Shown: positions 44,201 through 47,018 of the stretch, in pieces
How the letters are laid out: each line of letters opens with the position of its first letter
How positions within the stretch are numbered: the first letter of the stretch is position 1
Source: an uncultured Planctomycetales bacterium
GTDB taxonomy: Bacteria > Planctomycetota > MHYJ01 > JACPRB01
Length of the DNA: 47,018 bases
Assembly (NCBI GenBank): GCA_964395295.1
Contig: CAYNDR010000001.1
Location: 1 to 47,018, forward strand
Direction: 5' to 3'
Position numbers and translations under genes: made by a program
Notes under the pieces: generated by a model
The model's database searches: none
The model's input: only the letters and a program-made list of their open reading frames with translations
Told to the model about the DNA's origin: nothing

Positions 44201-45526
44201 GCCAGCAGCGGCGGCGACCAGGCCCTGTCCGCCGGCGACGGATGGACGGTGATGTCGCTGGGGGCGAAGCCGTTCGCGCCGCAGTCGCTGTGCGGGGTCT
44301 TCAAGGGCGAGCCGCGCTGGTCCTACCCGGATCCGTGGCCGGGGCTGCACGCCTCGCACGAGGCGCCGGTGCCCGATTTCCCGGGGCAGGTCATCGGCAC
44401 CACCCGGCTGCTGGGCCCGCTGGTGGCGCCGAAGGCCGGCGACGCCGGCCCGCTGTGGGCCAGCAACGGCAACATGGGCTGCCTGTACGTCTTCACCGTC
44501 GACGGCCTCTTCGTCGCGACGCTCTTCCGGGACGTCCGGGTGGGGCATTCCTGGTCGATGCCGGTGGCGCAGCGCGGCATGCTGCTCAACGGCGTCTCGC
44601 CGCACGACGAGAACTTCTGGCCCTCCTGGACCCAGACGGCGGACGGCCACGTGTACATCGTCGACGGCGGGCGGACCAGCCTGGTCCGCGTGGACAACCT
44701 GGACTCCATCAAGCGCCTGCCCGACACCGCGGTCAGACTGTCCGAGGAGGACCTGGCCCGGGCGCGCGAGTGGCAGGTGCAGCGCGAGGTCGCCCGCCAG
44801 AAGGCGCTCGGTTCCGGCACGCTGAAGGTGGCGATCCGCAAGGAGGCCCCCGTCCTCGACGGGAAGCTCGACGACTGGAAGGGCGCCGACTGGGCCACGG
44901 TCGACCGGCGGGGCACCGCCGCGAACTTCGACAGCAGCAGCAGGCCGTACGACGTGGCGGCCGCGGTCGGCGTCTTCGGCGACAGGCTGTACGCCGCCTG
45001 GCGCACGACCGAGAAGGACCTGCTGAGGAACAGCGGCGAGATGCCCACGGCGCCGTTCAAGACCGGGGGGTGCCTCGACGTCATGATCGGCACGGATGCC
45101 GGGGCCAATGAGAAGCGGGGCGAACCCGTCCCCGGGGATGTGCGCCTCCTGGTCACGAAGGTGAAAGACAGGATCTTCGCGTTGCTGTACCGCGCCAGGG
45201 TGCCGGGCGCCAAAGACCCGGTCCCGTTCTCCTCCCCCTGGCGCACGACCACCATCGATCAGGTCGAGAATGTCAGCGGCCAGGTCGATCTGGCTTCATC
45301 GGAAGGCAACTACGAGATCGCCGTTCCCCTGGCCGTTCTGGGACTGAAACCGACGGCCGGCATGGCCATCAAGGCGGACGTCGGGGTTCTGCGCGGCGAC
45401 GGGATGCAGACGACTCAGCGGGTCTACTGGAGCAACAAGGGCACGGGAATCACCAGCGACGTGCCTTCGGAGGCCATGCTGACCCCGAACCTGTGGGGCA
45501 AATGGGTTTTTGCGGCGCAGGATTAG
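41228..45526 (+). CDS. giant exported multidomain protein (discoidin-like modules, FlgD-Ig-like domain, NHL/beta-propeller repeats, C-terminal CBM9-like domain); function unknown
   Basis: ATG 41228 gives MKTLGLVLAWAPVLLPG..AAQA. FVTLVIDDAAGKRVRNLIGETPFPAGENTVWWDGLDD is FlgD-Ig-like. NIYVSDRGNSHQVKVFTKEGKPVRAIG is NHL-like. VLDGKLDDWKGADWATVD...VYWSNKG is CBM9-like. Confidence 0.6.
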   Translation: MKTLGLVLAWAPVLLPGGPILSEAAQAATPFANPLAAEDLDPAAFAQWVDGAEKPFGLKDGPRHVMWTRNSRPEWDGVRFSDSKQLGVRHMRIGWKNPVPVGAVLARGGGQVSVLKGGAAYPGDLKDDAQWVPAQRLKNAKVGRDEAAPEDIVLWVLPPKTSTRAVRFSHAPEPTDKLYSGWLGGAHLLGDRFATVGSQAVAVTANCPDKAGRINDDSNNGTWGAWENGPAGAELAVSPEHPEVATLIWAQPVTLRGLCALFAGFGAGQVLAFAGPPDRHPREAAPADWQAVAAPDGLENGYPVQLWPNWIDFGKTVTTRALQLRMIRVSKEGHPHMRGNTKGGKRVWLGELLALMPLGEAELSAAALPVPAAPDLGHPPIAVRFKLGEPGFVTLVIDDAAGKRVRNLIGETPFPAGENTVWWDGLDDLGRDVQAAAHGLYSIPAQFVKPGAYTVRGLARKQIDLRFEFSVYNAGSPAWTTEDGTGGWTTNHTPPRCVQYVPAEQAPGGKPLVFIGSHVSEGGHGLAWVDLDGRKQGGRGTVGGAWTGAQHLARDLGPKADPKTHVYAGSGWEKELRLFALTREGDRQVVKYGVARKEDSALAGMAVHDGLMVCSLPALKQLLFIDVPGRKVLGAAELAEACGLAFDRDGRLLALAGKQLRRYAIAPPLGEKTTLPGPQVLVDRLEDPQQIAFDKAGNIYVSDRGNSHQVKVFTKEGKPVRAIGVAGAPKAGPYDPNHMNNPAGLTIDGNDRLWVAEEDYQPKRVSVWTPDGRLVKAFYGPSMYGGGGTLDPQDKTRFYFNGMEFKLDWEKGADRLTRVFFRPAPNDPFPPDGFGCNGMPEMPHAANGKRYFSNWHNSNPTNGANIVCIWADRGGVAVPAAAVGAAKDWKPLVEDPAFKPRWPSGMDPKGDRWKNQALFSWSDRNGDGRAQPDEVNMVKASTGGVTVAPDLSVVVSRVDEKTTRYAPKFSGDAPGYDLTAGEVLASGVQGPASSGGDQALSAGDGWTVMSLGAKPFAPQSLCGVFKGEPRWSYPDPWPGLHASHEAPVPDFPGQVIGTTRLLGPLVAPKAGDAGPLWASNGNMGCLYVFTVDGLFVATLFRDVRVGHSWSMPVAQRGMLLNGVSPHDENFWPSWTQTADGHVYIVDGGRTSLVRVDNLDSIKRLPDTAVRLSEEDLARAREWQVQREVARQKALGSGTLKVAIRKEAPVLDGKLDDWKGADWATVDRRGTAANFDSSSRPYDVAAAVGVFGDRLYAAWRTTEKDLLRNSGEMPTAPFKTGGCLDVMIGTDAGANEKRGEPVPGDVRLLVTKVKDRIFALLYRARVPGAKDPVPFSSPWRTTTIDQVENVSGQVDLASSEGNYEIAVPLAVLGLKPTAGMAIKADVGVLRGDGMQTTQRVYWSNKGTGITSDVPSEAMLTPNLWGKWVFAAQD

Positions 45527-45658
45527 CCCCCCCTTGCCCGTCCGGGGGACTGGATTTCAGCCCGGAACCGCCAGGGATTGGAATACCGTTCACAACGATC
45601 CCCCGCGCGCGGAAGGCCGTCCGGGACGTCAAAAAGGGGAAAGCGCCGACGGAATAGA

Positions 45659-47018
45659 TCATCGGCGGGAAGGAGGCGAGCCAACACAGAAATAATAATA
45701 CAGGTAGCCGTCCTTGAACTCGTCGATATGCCGCGGATCCCGGTCATGCTGGAATTGGATGAGCGCCCCCTTGAACCTTTCAGCTCTTGGGAGCAATTCC
45801 GTGCTGAATTCAAACGGCGCCGGTTCCAGCGGGGCTTGATAGGCTAATGCACGGGCCAGGACGGCTTCCTCATACAGGCGCGGCATTTTGGAATATCCGA
45901 GTTGCTTCAAACGGCCAAGATGCCGGCCAATGTTGTCCAGCCGCTTGTCCAGCATGTATAAGGCCATCAGGTATTCATAGGCCATGCGGTTCGTGGAGTT
46001 CTTCTCCAGCAGTTCCAGGAGCATTCGCTCCATTTCGGGGAATCCGTGCTTCTCGTCATATCGGGCAGGAAGATAGGCCCTATCCTTTTCTATCATCAGC
46101 CCGCGCAGGTGTTGGATCCTCTGGTCTGTCGATAAGGCGGGGTCGGACTTCAGCAGTTCGAGATAATGGCGTGCCCAGTCCGCGTCATATAGGGTTTTGG
46201 CAATGGCGCTGAGATATACCCGCGCCGTGGGGATATCGCCTTTAGCCATATGAAGGAAGGCCAGGCGCTTGAGAAATATCGGGCGTGGGCCATAGTGTTC
46301 CGTGCACTCGTTCAGATGATACTCCGAGTAGTTGATCTGGCCGAGGTCCAAAAGCGTGTCATATATGTACCAGCCCACGTATATTCCTGGAAAGGAATCG
46401 TCGGCAAGCAGAAGGAAGCTGGGATGCTGGGGATAACGGAACATGTCGCGGCCAAGACGATCCGTGTGATACAAGGCGCGATTGATCGTGTGGAATACGC
46501 ATGGATTAGGATATCTATTGGCGCCCTTGAGGTCGTCCGCCACCTCCAGGACTTCAGGCCACATGCGGTGATAGGCGTAGTAGCCGAGGGCCAGCTCGGC
46601 TTTAGTCTCGGCGTTGCGAAACAGCAATATCACGGCGGCGCCAATCACAAAGGGCGCCGCATATGCGGAATAACGCAGGACGGCAACGGCGGAAGCCGCG
46701 GCTATGGCGCGCGTCTTTTCCCGGATCAGCCACAAAGCGAGCGCGGTCAGGGGCAGAAACAGATAAAGCAGGGACAGCTTTGCCAGTGTTGCCGCGAACT
46801 GCCAATACACCTGGGGTTCCAGGGGCGCAAACAAGGAGTAGCCAATGGCCGTGGCAGGGGCCACGCCGAACATGTGGCAGCCCACGATGCAGGGAATGAC
46901 GGCGGCTGACGCCAGATAGGACAGCGCCAAACGCCATCGGCGCCGGGAAAGAAGTTCGTAGGCCACGCAGAGCGCCACGTAGAGGAGATGCGCGCCGGCG
47001 GCAATTGCATAGGCGATT
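45659..47018 (-). CDS. DUF6057-like polytopic membrane protein with C-terminal TPR-like region; the 5' end lies outside the window
   Basis: The frame stays open from 45659 to the window edge; the track's 'M' at 46978 is an internal GTG. The N-terminal half is hydrophobic helices. The C-terminal half has LAFLHMAKGDIPTARVYLSAIAKT..YLELLKSDP, which is TPR-like. GC is much lower here (33/60 in the line at 46261-46320). Confidence 0.5.
   Translation of the reverse strand, partial: IAYAIAAGAHLLYVALCVAYELLSRRRWRLALSYLASAAVIPCIVGCHMFGVAPATAIGYSLFAPLEPQVYWQFAATLAKLSLLYLFLPLTALALWLIREKTRAIAAASAVAVLRYSAYAAPFVIGAAVILLFRNAETKAELALGYYAYHRMWPEVLEVADDLKGANRYPNPCVFHTINRALYHTDRLGRDMFRYPQHPSFLLLADDSFPGIYVGWYIYDTLLDLGQINYSEYHLNECTEHYGPRPIFLKRLAFLHMAKGDIPTARVYLSAIAKTLYDADWARHYLELLKSDPALSTDQRIQHLRGLMIEKDRAYLPARYDEKHGFPEMERMLLELLEKNSTNRMAYEYLMALYMLDKRLDNIGRHLGRLKQLGYSKMPRLYEEAVLARALAYQAPLEPAPFEFSTELLPRAERFKGALIQFQHDRDPRHIDEFKDGYLYYYFCVGSPPSRR

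Overview
47-kb bacterial chromosomal window. It is very GC-rich: 41 of 60 nt are G+C in the line at 10021-10080. Coding density is high. Most of it encodes exported glycan-degrading proteins, many with lipobox-like signal peptides: GH2-like, GH172/DUF2961, a two-module clan GH-A protein, a GH42-like giant, three right-handed beta-helix proteins and beta-propeller proteins.

The most interesting part is a minus-strand operon (8903-17123, possibly extending to 7584). It joins the last three steps of a Weimberg-type pentonate-to-2-oxoglutarate route (enolase-superfamily dehydratase, KdaD-like FAH enzyme, aldehyde dehydrogenase) to four other genes:
- a LarA-like enzyme;
- an orphan 308-aa protein;
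- an exported ADP-ribosylglycohydrolase-family lipoprotein;
- a beta-hydroxyacid dehydrogenase gene interrupted by one in-frame TGA.

Four junctions in this operon are ATGA start/stop overlaps. A divergent GntR/FCD regulator, coupled to an exported nucleoside-hydrolase-like gene, appears to control it through overlapping sigma70-type promoters and TGTCGACA-type palindromes.

Other content:
- a Tat-exported sugar-isomerase-fold protein, ABM monooxygenase and Fe-alcohol dehydrogenase trio;
- archaeal-type phosphoglycerate mutase;
- a CPA2 cation/proton antiporter with a strong promoter and a long structured leader;
- a lower-GC patch at 38.6-41.0 kb, where one line has 25/60 G+C, containing a degraded small TPR-like ORF and the antiporter;
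- a second lower-GC patch at 45.5-47.0 kb with a DUF6057-like membrane gene.

I saw no rRNA, tRNA, CRISPR array, transposase or integrase. Many of the long ORFs in the six-frame track are Arg/Pro/Gly-rich alternate-frame artefacts of the high GC content.

All family calls come from motif recognition by eye, with no database search, so product names are family-level hypotheses. The taxon is not determinable here. Canonical -35/-10 promoters and GGAGG ribosome-binding sites are present.
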